Source of the DNA: Acetatifactor sp.
GTDB lineage: Bacteria > Bacillota > Clostridia > Lachnospirales > Lachnospiraceae
Reading direction: 5' to 3'
NCBI GenBank assembly: GCA_045537405.1
Contig: JAZSPK010000030.1
Span: 3,181 to 67,180, forward strand
DNA length: 64,000 bases
Shown: positions 18,072 to 28,033 of the stretch, piece by piece
Position numbering within the stretch: position 1 is the first letter of the stretch
How the letters are laid out: every line of letters begins with the position of its first letter
Notes under the pieces: generated by a model
Database searches by the model: none
Seen by the model: only the letters and a program-made list of their open reading frames with translations
What the model was told of the DNA's origin: nothing
Made by a program: the position numbers and the translations under genes

Positions 18072-18926
18072 CTACCCCAGCACTCTCTTGAAAATTTCAT
18101 AATTTCTCTCATCTCTGGGAGAACAATATACCGCAAATTCAATGGTCTCAAATTTTCTTTTATATTTTGCAATCACATTCTTTGCAGCCCTTGCCACCAC
18201 TTCCGGATTATTCTCAAAAGCACCGCAGCCGAAGGCTCCCAGTATCACCACTTCATTGCCTGCTGCCGCTGCCACATCAAGTATTCTGGACAAACGCTTC
18301 TCATGCAGCTCCAGAAGCGCTTTATCGCCTATTTTAGCCGCTTTGTCGCCATCACCCATATTCATGGCGTTAGCAGGCTTTAAACGCAAATTTGGGGCCG
18401 CACAGGTGATTACATTCACCTTGGTCCACTCTTTCTCCGTCAAAAGCTTCGGCATGGCAGTATCGGACTTAAAAACCACTACCTCCGGGGTGTAAATACA
18501 ATCATCATTATGTATCGGATCCTGCACATTTCTGTGGGGTGTATAGAAACCATTCCACATATCCGCCACATTTAAGTTAAAGTAAAGGGTGGAGCATCTG
18601 CATAGACATTCTTCTTGGGCAGAACTTCCCTTGGTCACTCCGCCGCCCGGATTGGTCGCAGAAGCAAAATTATGGACACATACCTTTTTGCCCTTATAAC
18701 CGGTGGCTGCCTCGTAGCTTCGCTTCTTGGAAACCACAATAGTCGCTTCCGCCTCACACACTTCACAGTCCGGCTCCCAATCCGGCCAGAAATCCTTCAC
18801 TTCCATATATTCCGGCACAAGCACCTGATTCTTGGTAGACCATTTTACTGCCTCTGCCAGTATTTTATTATTTTTCACCATCTTTTCAGTATCCTGAAAA
18901 ATCTTTACATTTTCTTCTCTTCCCAT
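18072..18926 (-). CDS. TIGR02452/DUF2263 family bacterial PARG-like macrodomain protein
   Basis: NFASATNPGGG..GSSAQEECLCR; ILGAFGCGAF. Confidence 0.9.
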   Translation of the reverse strand: MGREENVKIFQDTEKMVKNNKILAEAVKWSTKNQVLVPEYMEVKDFWPDWEPDCEVCEAEATIVVSKKRSYEAATGYKGKKVCVHNFASATNPGGGVTKGSSAQEECLCRCSTLYFNLNVADMWNGFYTPHRNVQDPIHNDDCIYTPEVVVFKSDTAMPKLLTEKEWTKVNVITCAAPNLRLKPANAMNMGDGDKAAKIGDKALLELHEKRLSRILDVAAAAGNEVVILGAFGCGAFENNPEVVARAAKNVIAKYKRKFETIEFAVYCSPRDERNYEIFKRVLG

Positions 18927-18954
18927 TTTCTTACTCCTCTTTATTTCCTACCAC

Positions 18955-19000
18955 AAAAAATCCTCCCTTAAAATTGTTTCTAAGAACATTCTAAGGGAGG
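18955..19000 (-). terminator. Terminator-like hairpin between the second HTH gene and the PARG gene
   Basis: CCTCCCTTA/TAAGGGAGG stem followed by ATTTTTT. Confidence 0.65.
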
Positions 19001-19037
19001 GGAAGTACTTTGTCATTGAACCTCTAGTATAAAAGTG

Positions 19038-19325
19038 TTAAGCTGCTCGGTTCTCCTGGTATGTATGTATGGGTTCCACCTTGGCCGCCTGTATCTTGGG
19101 TTCCCTGTTGCCTCTTACCATCTCATCGATAGGCAAGCCAAACAGTTCGCTCAATGCGTACAGATTATCAATGGTGGGCATACTCAAACCATTCAACCAA
19201 TGGTATACACTTTGTACACTGCCCAGCCCTAAGTATTCCTGTACATCACGCACAGCAATACCGCGCTCATCCATAATCTTGCGTAAATGAATTCCGGTTT
19301 CCTTTTTACTAATTAATGGAAACAT
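19038..19325 (-). CDS. XRE-family HTH regulator (paralogue of 16389-16643)
   Basis: VRDVQEYLG..SVQSVYHWLNG.SMPTIDNL; RBS GAAAGGA. Confidence 0.9.
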   Translation of the reverse strand: MFPLISKKETGIHLRKIMDERGIAVRDVQEYLGLGSVQSVYHWLNGLSMPTIDNLYALSELFGLPIDEMVRGNREPKIQAAKVEPIHTYQENRAA

Positions 19326-19362
19326 ACAATCACTTCCTTTCAAAATCGTTACACAACAGTTT

Positions 19363-21546
19363 CTACTCCATCCCCGGTATCCAATGTTTGAGCAAGCTAT
19401 TCAGCTTCTCTCTGTCAAAGGGCTTGGATAAGAAATCATCAAAACCATTCTCCAGATACATTTCCTTGGCTCCCTGGATTGCATTTGCAGTCAGCGCTAT
19501 GATAATAGTGCCGTCTGTCATGTCACCACATTCTGAACGGATTACCCTGGTAGCCTCTATACCATCCATCTCCGGCATCATGTGATCCATGAACACTATA
19601 TCATACCTCTTACTTTTCACTTTGTCAATAGCTGATTTTCCGCTATCCGCTTCATCTATTTGGAAACCATAAGCACGAAGCATTGCCACTGCCAGCTTAC
19701 GATTAATCGCATTATCGTCCACCACCAGCACCTTGTAATCTGCACTGACAAAGGGCTGTTCCTTTTTATCCTCCACATTTGTCTTCACCATAGCATTTTC
19801 TGCAATGGTACGTTTATCCGCTACCTTCTGGCTAATATGTATGGTAAAGCTACTGCCCTTTCCATACTCACTTTCCACCTTTATATCACCATCCATCAAG
19901 GTTACCAGCTGCTTGGTAATGGCCAGGCCCAAACCGGTTCCCTCACTCTTACGGTTGCGGTTCATATCTAACTGACGGAAGGATTCAAAGATAAGCTCCA
20001 TATCCTCTTTCTTGATTCCCACGCCGGTATCCTGTACCACGCATTGCAGCTTATAAGTATCCTCATCCACATACTCACCCGTTACCGCCAAACGCACAAA
20101 GCCTTCCCTGGTAAACTTTATAGAGTTATTCAGCAAATTAATCAGAATCTGACGAATTCTTCCCACATCACCGCAAAGCTTGCAGGGAATATCCTGTGCC
20201 AGTTCTACCTTTACTTCCAGATCCTTTTGCTCTGCCACCACCTGTACCAGATTGATGGTATCCTGAACCAACTCCTGTACAAAGTATTCCTCCTCAACAA
20301 GCTCCATCTTACCGGCTTCAACCTTGGAAAAGTCCAAAATATCATTAATGATGGACAATAAGTTCATGGCTGCCGTCTTAATATCACAAGCATAATCATA
20401 AATCTTCTGTCCGCGACATTCCTCAATGATTAATTCGCTCATTCCCACTACCGCATTCATAGGGGTACGAATCTCATGGGACATATTGGCCAGGAAGTTT
20501 GACTTGGAAAGGTTTGCCTCTTCAGCCTTTTCACGCATTTCATGTAGCTCCTGAATACGCTCATGAGTCTCTGTTACATCCACCACCAAAATCGTATACC
20601 CTCGTATAATCTGCTCGTAATCCTTTACCACGCGCAGATGTCCTTCGTAATATTTTCCTGCCAGTTCAAACTGCTCTTCCTTATCTTCCTCATTTATGAG
20701 AATCGGAAAACGCTCCACTTCCTCAATATTTTGCGCAAATCTAAGCTTGGGGAAAATCTCCTTGGCCTTGTCATTGCACATAAGAATTTCTTTGTTCTCT
20801 CCCAAGGTAATCATGGCATCGCCCAAAGAGTTTAACACCGTATCCGTAGCGGTTCTGGTTAAGTCAAAGTCCCTGCGGTTCCATACACCAAAAATCAATA
20901 GCGAAATCATCAACGCCATGGAAATGGGTGTCGGGTCATAGCCTTCGGGGAACACACCAAATAAATAGATAATTAAAACTCCTATGGAAAAACAGGATCC
21001 GCCCATAATAATCTTGAATTTGCGAATTCTCTTACTACTCTTTTCATGAATAATTGACCTGATTAATACCCAAACCGATACTGCCCATGGAATCACCGTA
21101 CAGGTCAAAAAGTAAAAGATAAAACCGATTCCATACGAAAGAACAATGTGGGGATAAGCTCCTGTCTGCACAAAATCTACATCCGTATAGTACAAGGAAT
21201 GTTTTTCACTGGTCCATACCATCACAATAACAGCACATCCGCATAAAAGCAGGAAACGCTCAAACCATCTGTATTCCTTCGTGCCGCAATAGACCATAAT
21301 AAACATCATGAATAGCGTAGCCACAAGACTGCTACCCAAGTATTCCATCTTTACCGCCATCATGGCTTCCTGCTCACTACGGGCAAAAAGCTCCAGCAAA
21401 TAGCCCGCATTATGTACAATTTCCGCCAGCGTAAACGACAACATCAACTTCAAAATATAAGTGGAGCTTCCGCGGAAAATATAAACCAAGGCAATAATCA
21501 AAAGAAATAAAGCAAAAAATTGTAATAATACTAACGCTGTAAACAT
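19363..21546 (-). CDS. Hybrid sensor histidine kinase/response regulator with N-terminal 7TM domain
   Basis: FLANMSHEIRTPMN, N box, GTGLGL, receiver DHMMPEMDG. Confidence 0.9.
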   Translation of the reverse strand: MFTALVLLQFFALFLLIIALVYIFRGSSTYILKLMLSFTLAEIVHNAGYLLELFARSEQEAMMAVKMEYLGSSLVATLFMMFIMVYCGTKEYRWFERFLLLCGCAVIVMVWTSEKHSLYYTDVDFVQTGAYPHIVLSYGIGFIFYFLTCTVIPWAVSVWVLIRSIIHEKSSKRIRKFKIIMGGSCFSIGVLIIYLFGVFPEGYDPTPISMALMISLLIFGVWNRRDFDLTRTATDTVLNSLGDAMITLGENKEILMCNDKAKEIFPKLRFAQNIEEVERFPILINEEDKEEQFELAGKYYEGHLRVVKDYEQIIRGYTILVVDVTETHERIQELHEMREKAEEANLSKSNFLANMSHEIRTPMNAVVGMSELIIEECRGQKIYDYACDIKTAAMNLLSIINDILDFSKVEAGKMELVEEEYFVQELVQDTINLVQVVAEQKDLEVKVELAQDIPCKLCGDVGRIRQILINLLNNSIKFTREGFVRLAVTGEYVDEDTYKLQCVVQDTGVGIKKEDMELIFESFRQLDMNRNRKSEGTGLGLAITKQLVTLMDGDIKVESEYGKGSSFTIHISQKVADKRTIAENAMVKTNVEDKKEQPFVSADYKVLVVDDNAINRKLAVAMLRAYGFQIDEADSGKSAIDKVKSKRYDIVFMDHMMPEMDGIEATRVIRSECGDMTDGTIIIALTANAIQGAKEMYLENGFDDFLSKPFDREKLNSLLKHWIPGME

Positions 21547-21561
21547 AGAATTCCCCCCTTT

Positions 21562-23871
21562 TTACAGGTACTTCTGTAACATCTCCTCCAGGACCTTTAC
21601 GTCCAAAGGTTTTGTCAAATATCCGCAAAAACCTTCCTGCAAATAATTCTCTTCTGCCCCCTGAATTGCATTGGCCGTCAGAACAATAACCGGTGTCTGC
21701 TGATTAGGATTCTCTGCATCCTCTCGAATCAAGTGCAAAGTCTGTACTCCATCCGGCTCCGGCATCATGTGGTCCATTAAGATAACATCGTACTTTTTAT
21801 ATTTGGCAAGTTCCAAACACTCATTGCCACCCAGTGCAAAATCCAATTGGATACCCGAACGCTTGAGCAGGCCCTTAATCACCTTAAGATTCATTTCATT
21901 ATCATCTACTGCCAAAATCTTAGCCTCAGGTGCATATAAAAAGGCTTTTTTCTCATCCCCGCCCATTACATATCTTTGCTGCTCCTCCAGCTTACCCATG
22001 GGTGAAGCGTCTACCACCTTCTGAGGAATACGCACCATAAAGCTGCTGCCTTCCCCATATTTGCTGACAACCTCAATCTTACCGCCCATATTCTCAACCA
22101 GCTGCTTAGAGATATTAAGACCCAAACCGGTTCCTTCAATATGACGATTCTTATCCAGCTCCAATCGTTGGAAGCTTTCAAATAATTTTTCCTTATCTTC
22201 TTCCTTGATACCTCTTCCGGTATCCTTTACTCCTAACACCAGAACAAATTCGTCTTCCTTGCGGACACCCTTTACCATAAAGGTAACAGAGCCCTGCTCT
22301 GTATATTTAACGGCATTCGTCAGCAAATTATTTAGTATCTGCTTAATACGAATTTCATCACCGCATAATACAGAAGGTAATTTCTCGTCAAAATCCAAAC
22401 GTAAGCTTAAACCTTTCTGTTTCACCCTGGTTTCAACGCCCAAAATCACATCCTTCAACATACCTGCCAAGCGATAGTCGCTATCTACAATTTTCAGTTT
22501 ACCGGCTTCAATCTTGGAAATATCCAATACATCATTAATCAGTCCCAAGAGCATTCGGCTGGCATTCTTAATATTATCCGCGTACTCGTGAATAGCAGGG
22601 TCCTGATTTTCTCTCAAAATCATTTCATTCATACCGATAACCGTGTTGATGGGTGTACGAATTTCATGAGACATATTGGCCAAAAATTTAGCCTTTGACG
22701 CACTTGCCGCAATCGCTATCTGCTTTTCTTTTTCGGCATCCAACATCTCTCCGATAGAGTCATACAGGGAATTAATAGCGGTAGCAATCTGTCCCACTTC
22801 ACTTTTTCGATTAATGTACTCCTTCAACTTGGGATCCTTCTCCATATTCATCTGTTCGAGTTGTACAATAGCTTTCTCAACATACTTTAAGGGTCTGGTA
22901 CTCAATCGAATGATTCCCCAAGCCATAAGGACAATTACTAAGTCGGACACGATACAAATAACTGCAAGCATTGTGATATTCTTATTAACATCGGCATAAA
23001 TGTTGGCCTCACTGTTACAGGATACTACCGCCCACTTATACTTCGGCAGGTACTGATATGCTGCAATGGAAGCGCCTTCTACCTCGTCCTGATATTCCAT
23101 ATCACCGGTCCAGGTCTTACTATTATCTGAAAAAGTTGCAATAATGGAAAATAACATTTTGTCATTAATCTCTGTGGCAATCAATTCCTTGTCCCTGGCA
23201 AAAATATACATGAAAGATGCCGTATTAATCATGTAATAATTGGTGGACTCATCCTCCACAGCTGCCAGCAGTGCCTCTAATTCGCCTACGAAGGGGCCTC
23301 CGCCTACATAGCCCAAGATACTGCCATCCTCATCATAAACCGGGCAATATAAGGATAATATGAGCTTCTGAGAGGCAGGTGAAACAATGATACCGGCATT
23401 ATATAAGCCGTTTCTGTCAAGCATTTCCTTCTGCAACTGCTTTAAAGGTTCGCCTTCACGGGTAACCATTCCTACTACCTGCGGGTTGGAATGGGCTATA
23501 ATGTGAGTATCCCACTCTCCTATATACAAGCCTTCCCAATTTTCCAAATGTCCGTAATATTCTTCCGTATATTTCTGTGCCACCTTCTGCTTTTGCACAT
23601 CACTGGGATTCTTCAGGAATTCTTTTACTTCCATGGCATTACTGAAGTTGATTAATAAATCCTCCTGATGTTCCACATACTCCTCGATAATCTGCGTCTG
23701 AACATTCAAAGTATCATGCAGATTCTCCATTGCAGTACTTCTCATGGTAACGGTCAGGCTTCTGCTGGCAACCAAATAAAGCAGGTAGATACCGATTGTA
23801 TTTACCACCAGAATCCCAATTGTAATTATAGTACTCATCTTTTGATTTCTCATAAGTACATTCCCACCCAT
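21562..23871 (-). CDS. Hybrid sensor histidine kinase/response regulator with Cache-like extracellular domain
   Basis: Two TM helices, SHEIRTP, GTGLGL, receiver domain. Confidence 0.9.
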   Translation of the reverse strand: MGGNVLMRNQKMSTIITIGILVVNTIGIYLLYLVASRSLTVTMRSTAMENLHDTLNVQTQIIEEYVEHQEDLLINFSNAMEVKEFLKNPSDVQKQKVAQKYTEEYYGHLENWEGLYIGEWDTHIIAHSNPQVVGMVTREGEPLKQLQKEMLDRNGLYNAGIIVSPASQKLILSLYCPVYDEDGSILGYVGGGPFVGELEALLAAVEDESTNYYMINTASFMYIFARDKELIATEINDKMLFSIIATFSDNSKTWTGDMEYQDEVEGASIAAYQYLPKYKWAVVSCNSEANIYADVNKNITMLAVICIVSDLVIVLMAWGIIRLSTRPLKYVEKAIVQLEQMNMEKDPKLKEYINRKSEVGQIATAINSLYDSIGEMLDAEKEKQIAIAASASKAKFLANMSHEIRTPINTVIGMNEMILRENQDPAIHEYADNIKNASRMLLGLINDVLDISKIEAGKLKIVDSDYRLAGMLKDVILGVETRVKQKGLSLRLDFDEKLPSVLCGDEIRIKQILNNLLTNAVKYTEQGSVTFMVKGVRKEDEFVLVLGVKDTGRGIKEEDKEKLFESFQRLELDKNRHIEGTGLGLNISKQLVENMGGKIEVVSKYGEGSSFMVRIPQKVVDASPMGKLEEQQRYVMGGDEKKAFLYAPEAKILAVDDNEMNLKVIKGLLKRSGIQLDFALGGNECLELAKYKKYDVILMDHMMPEPDGVQTLHLIREDAENPNQQTPVIVLTANAIQGAEENYLQEGFCGYLTKPLDVKVLEEMLQKYL

Positions 23872-23897
23872 TTCTTAAGCCAGACTCCTTTCCCGGC

Positions 23898-24944
23898 TTA
23901 CTCTTTTACCTCTAAAAGTGTCGTATAATCGTAATTTTTTACAAACCTGCCGAAATTTTTCAAGCGTTCTTTATGTTCTTCTGTGGTCACCCGGTTCTCA
24001 CCGGCACACAATTTTTCTGTCATAGCATCCGTAATTTCCTTGGAATAATGTGTTACGTCCGTGTAATTATCTAAATCACAAATCCATTCTTCACAGTCCT
24101 GGAAATAAACCACTTCTACATTCCCAAAGGCCGCCAAATACTCTGTAAGAAAAGCAATACCGTCCAATTTAACATCTACTTCATTTGCCACCAAACTGTC
24201 ATTCCAGTACAGCATGCTGTAAGGCGGGAAAAATACAATCCATTTGGTATCCGGAGTGGCCTCTATATAGGGTATAATATAGGTTTCCAGATTCTTTTGG
24301 AGATTTTCAAGGCTGTACCGATTGGAATGAACATAGCTTCGTTCCGGCACCTTATAATTGCTTAACACCTGTTCTTTACTGTAATTCATATGCTGCCAAT
24401 GCCAGTATATCTCATTTACTTTAATTTCACTTTTTTGTCTGTAAGCCTCATGTACATAATCCAAAAGCACAGCTTTACTTAAGAGGTATTTCAAATCATT
24501 AAAAATATTATCGTCATACAAATGCTCCGGATAAGGATACGAAAGAGTTCCAGGCTCATACATATAATTGGCAATATCAATGCATAGGAAAGCATATTTT
24601 AAGGTATCCTTTTCCTGCGTAACAATTTTCATGATTTTATCAATATCATGGGGATAGGCCGCATTGTAGGAAAGCTTAAGCATTTCACAGCCTAAACGTT
24701 CATCAAAGATTGCCGTATCAAAATTCGTGGTCATGGAAGAACCCAACATTACACTGTCATATTCAAAGTGCTTCGCCATACCCGGATTCTGCTCCAGCTG
24801 ATTATCCACAAAATAATAGGCTCCTTCCAAAGGTGCATGGTAAACAAAAAACGGATCCACCACTGCAATTAGAGTTCCCACAAGCATCAAGGGAAGAAGG
24901 ACTATGACTGCCAGCACAAACAACTTTTTCTTCAGATTTTTCAT
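23898..24944 (-). CDS. SGNH-like O-acyltransferase partner of MBOAT
   Basis: N-terminal TM, DPF, GSS, D..HY motifs; downstream of MBOAT. Confidence 0.65.
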   Translation of the reverse strand: MKNLKKKLFVLAVIVLLPLMLVGTLIAVVDPFFVYHAPLEGAYYFVDNQLEQNPGMAKHFEYDSVMLGSSMTTNFDTAIFDERLGCEMLKLSYNAAYPHDIDKIMKIVTQEKDTLKYAFLCIDIANYMYEPGTLSYPYPEHLYDDNIFNDLKYLLSKAVLLDYVHEAYRQKSEIKVNEIYWHWQHMNYSKEQVLSNYKVPERSYVHSNRYSLENLQKNLETYIIPYIEATPDTKWIVFFPPYSMLYWNDSLVANEVDVKLDGIAFLTEYLAAFGNVEVVYFQDCEEWICDLDNYTDVTHYSKEITDAMTEKLCAGENRVTTEEHKERLKNFGRFVKNYDYTTLLEVKE

Positions 24945-24956
24945 AAACCTTTATCC

Positions 24957-26453
24957 TTAAAAATTAAAATACAAAAAGGTACTTACATTGGACAGGGACA
25001 ACACACACCATATAAACAAGGCGCCATAGAACAGAATGGATAACCAACCGGCCTTATATTCTGTCTCTGTTTCGTGAAGATTCTTACTTCCCCAGGTAAT
25101 GCCCGCCACCACAAGCAAAAAGATACTCATTTGAATCCTGGGATGGGTACTATGTCCAAGCACCTCCAACACATGGCTCACTTCGCTAAAGCTTAAAAAG
25201 GCGGCTATCTCCTGAAAAACATGAACCCCATTCATTACCGCCAGTTGCTTATACATACCTAATGCATGAGACAAATTCTCTGCCCTGAAAATTCCGAAGG
25301 CAAATGCCACAAATAAAAAGCAGGCAAGCACACAGAAACCATCTGCAAGCTTTTTCACAACCTTATTTTTTATTTCCGGCTGCCCCAGCTTCTCTTTTCC
25401 CTTCCACCACAGTCTGGTAACAATCTGTGCGAAGGCATGCAATAATCCCCAAACCACAAAGGTCCAGCCTGCGCCATGCCAGATACCACTAATAAAAAAC
25501 ACAATGAATATATTTAAAAGTGCCTTTGCGAAGCCTTTTCGATTGCCGCCTAACGGAATATATACATAACGCGTAAAGAATCTTCCCAAGGTCATATGCC
25601 ATCTTTTCCAAAACTCCACCACATTCTTGGACTTAAAAGGAGAATTAAAGTTTAACGGGATTTGAATATTAAACAAATATCCCAAGCCGCGAGCCATGTC
25701 ACAGTAACCGCTGAAATCAAAGTATAACTGCAAAGAGTACAAAACGATTACGAATGCGGTGTTAAAACCATCCAACACCGAATAGTACTCATATCCCCAA
25801 TTCACAGCCCGGCCAATAGTATCCGCAATCAATACCTTTTTACTCAAGCCACAGACAAAGGTCCTGATACCCAACATCACGTTTTCTAAATGAATCTTGC
25901 GTTTTTCCCGGTCCTCAAACTGAGGAAGCATTTCTTCATGATTCACAATAGGTCCTGCTATTAACTGGGGAAAAAAGCTTACAAATAAAGCGTAAGAAAA
26001 CAAGTCCTGTTTCCTAATCTCCCTCTTATAACTATCCACAACAAAACCTATCTGTTGGAAGGTAAAGAAGCTGATTCCCAGGGGGAGTGCTATCTGCACC
26101 ATATTGATATTCATTCCGGTAAGAGAATCAAAAATCTCCATGGTAAAGTTAAAATATTTGAAGTAATACAAGATGGCTAAGTTGGCTATAATACCACCTA
26201 TAAAAATCTTTTTTCGCGTCTTTTCCTTTTGATTAGTCTCCTTAACCAAAATCCTGTGCAAAATATAATTTAAGCCTATGCTACACAAAATAATCCATAA
26301 ATACTCTATTTTGTTATACCCGTAAAAGAACAAAGACATGCATATCAAAAAGAGGGTTGCCACCTTGTACATGCCCACCCTGTTCAACAAAAAATAGCCC
26401 ACAAATGCAATTGGTAAGAAATAAAAAATAAAGTCAAAGGAATTAAAAAGCAT
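24957..26453 (-). CDS. MBOAT family O-acyltransferase (AlgI/DltB-like)
   Basis: PLGISFFTFQ, FFPQLIAGPI, DFSGY, FWKRWHMTL, SGIWHG. Confidence 0.92.
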   Translation of the reverse strand: MLFNSFDFIFYFLPIAFVGYFLLNRVGMYKVATLFLICMSLFFYGYNKIEYLWIILCSIGLNYILHRILVKETNQKEKTRKKIFIGGIIANLAILYYFKYFNFTMEIFDSLTGMNINMVQIALPLGISFFTFQQIGFVVDSYKREIRKQDLFSYALFVSFFPQLIAGPIVNHEEMLPQFEDREKRKIHLENVMLGIRTFVCGLSKKVLIADTIGRAVNWGYEYYSVLDGFNTAFVIVLYSLQLYFDFSGYCDMARGLGYLFNIQIPLNFNSPFKSKNVVEFWKRWHMTLGRFFTRYVYIPLGGNRKGFAKALLNIFIVFFISGIWHGAGWTFVVWGLLHAFAQIVTRLWWKGKEKLGQPEIKNKVVKKLADGFCVLACFLFVAFAFGIFRAENLSHALGMYKQLAVMNGVHVFQEIAAFLSFSEVSHVLEVLGHSTHPRIQMSIFLLVVAGITWGSKNLHETETEYKAGWLSILFYGALFIWCVLSLSNVSTFLYFNF

Positions 26454-26571
26454 ATATTTTTACCTCATGGACAAAATCCTACTATCCCTTTTATATTTTA
26501 GTATAAAATAACATTTATTGCAACAATCCGCCTTAACTTCCGCCACTTTTCTCGCACATTTTCCTGTACAT

Positions 26572-26598
26572 AAAAAAGGCCGCTTTCGCGACCTTTTT
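26572..26598 (-). terminator. Terminator
   Basis: AAAAAGGCCGC/GCGACCTTTTT hairpin. Confidence 0.55.
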
Positions 26599-26602
26599 CC
26601 TC

Positions 26603-27928
26603 TTAATGATATTCAAATCTTTTCTGGTTTGCTGCAAGCCACTTTGCAAAATCCTCAAATACGGTTTCCGAAGTATGCTTTTTGATGTAAGGCACCGCTT
26701 CCGCATCACTTATAGATACGTACCATATGGACTCCTCAGGTGATGCTTCTTTTAAAATATCCTTGAAAATATTCTCCCCGTAGGTTTCAAACAAATAGGT
26801 GAAGAATCGATATCCGTAAAGGTAATTTTCGAAATCATCCTCTTTCTCGGAGCAGAAAATCTCCTCTGCATTTTCCGGTGTTATCTCTACCGGATAATGA
26901 GAATAATTATTAACAGCATCAAAATTAAAAATCATTTCCTCGTCTTTGTCACAAATACGACCTGCTATATAAGTTGCATATCCTTCATCCATAGATCTTC
27001 CCATCTGTACTCCGTTTAATAAGTGTACACAATGTGCTACCTCATGAAGAATTGCATAGCCTTCTCCCGCAGCGATTTCAAGGTCTTGAGGATTAATCAC
27101 TATACCATATCCATACGCACTGGCAGCACAAACATCATATTCCACTACATATACATGGAATTTTTCAGCATAGGGGTCTACACCGGGGAATACATCCTGT
27201 CCGTACAACCAGTCAGTTTCATTACCATTCTGAGTTGCATATATGGAATCATTCTCCAAATAAAGACCGGTTTCTTTTTCCACAATATCAATTAATTGTT
27301 CAATCAACTCCATGGTATTACCATATACCTTTACGTCTTCCGCCAGGAAAAGAATTACATTATCACTTTCTACATATTCCGGTTTCGTGGTTACATATTC
27401 ATCTGCAGCATTACCACTTAATACCATAGCTTCCGGAATCACTGTACCTGAAGTAATCATTAAGGTTACATTTTGGTCTTCTTTCGCATCCACACAAATA
27501 ACTCTGTTCACTGTAAATTCGTCCTGGTATACCTGATTGTCCACATAGGTACCATCAAACCCCATACCGATGATTTCCTTACCGTCAATACCCAATGTGT
27601 AGGCAAAAGAGGTACCATATTCATCATAGGTAATCCAGTTCAGGCTAATACTTATGTCCTCGCGTCCTATGTATAATTTCTCATCAGGGCTTAACACAAA
27701 TTCTTCATCAAATCCTGCTGCCAACTCCACCGGTTCGGGTGTTACTTCCGGTGTGGCTTCGAGGGCCGCCTCCTGTTCCTCGGTACTTGTGGTTGTCGAC
27801 TCTGTAGTAACTGTTTCCGGTGCTTTTGTATTCTCTACCTGCTCCTGTACCTGATTACCGCAACCTGCCATGGCAACTATTAATGCTCCTGCTAAAATGA
27901 GTCCTCTTAATTTACTGCTCTTGTTCAT
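26603..27928 (-). CDS. Lipoprotein with HExxH zinc-metallopeptidase motif
   Basis: Lipobox MAGC; ILHEVAH...DEGYA. Confidence 0.7.
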   Translation of the reverse strand: MNKSSKLRGLILAGALIVAMAGCGNQVQEQVENTKAPETVTTESTTTSTEEQEAALEATPEVTPEPVELAAGFDEEFVLSPDEKLYIGREDISISLNWITYDEYGTSFAYTLGIDGKEIIGMGFDGTYVDNQVYQDEFTVNRVICVDAKEDQNVTLMITSGTVIPEAMVLSGNAADEYVTTKPEYVESDNVILFLAEDVKVYGNTMELIEQLIDIVEKETGLYLENDSIYATQNGNETDWLYGQDVFPGVDPYAEKFHVYVVEYDVCAASAYGYGIVINPQDLEIAAGEGYAILHEVAHCVHLLNGVQMGRSMDEGYATYIAGRICDKDEEMIFNFDAVNNYSHYPVEITPENAEEIFCSEKEDDFENYLYGYRFFTYLFETYGENIFKDILKEASPEESIWYVSISDAEAVPYIKKHTSETVFEDFAKWLAANQKRFEYH

Positions 27929-28033
27929 TTTTTCTTCCTTTCTGCTCTCCTTATTTACACAAAAATTTGCTGTGTTTTACGCTTTCATACATAAAACACA
28001 GCAATTCTTAAAAAGGTTTCAAAAATTTTTAAA

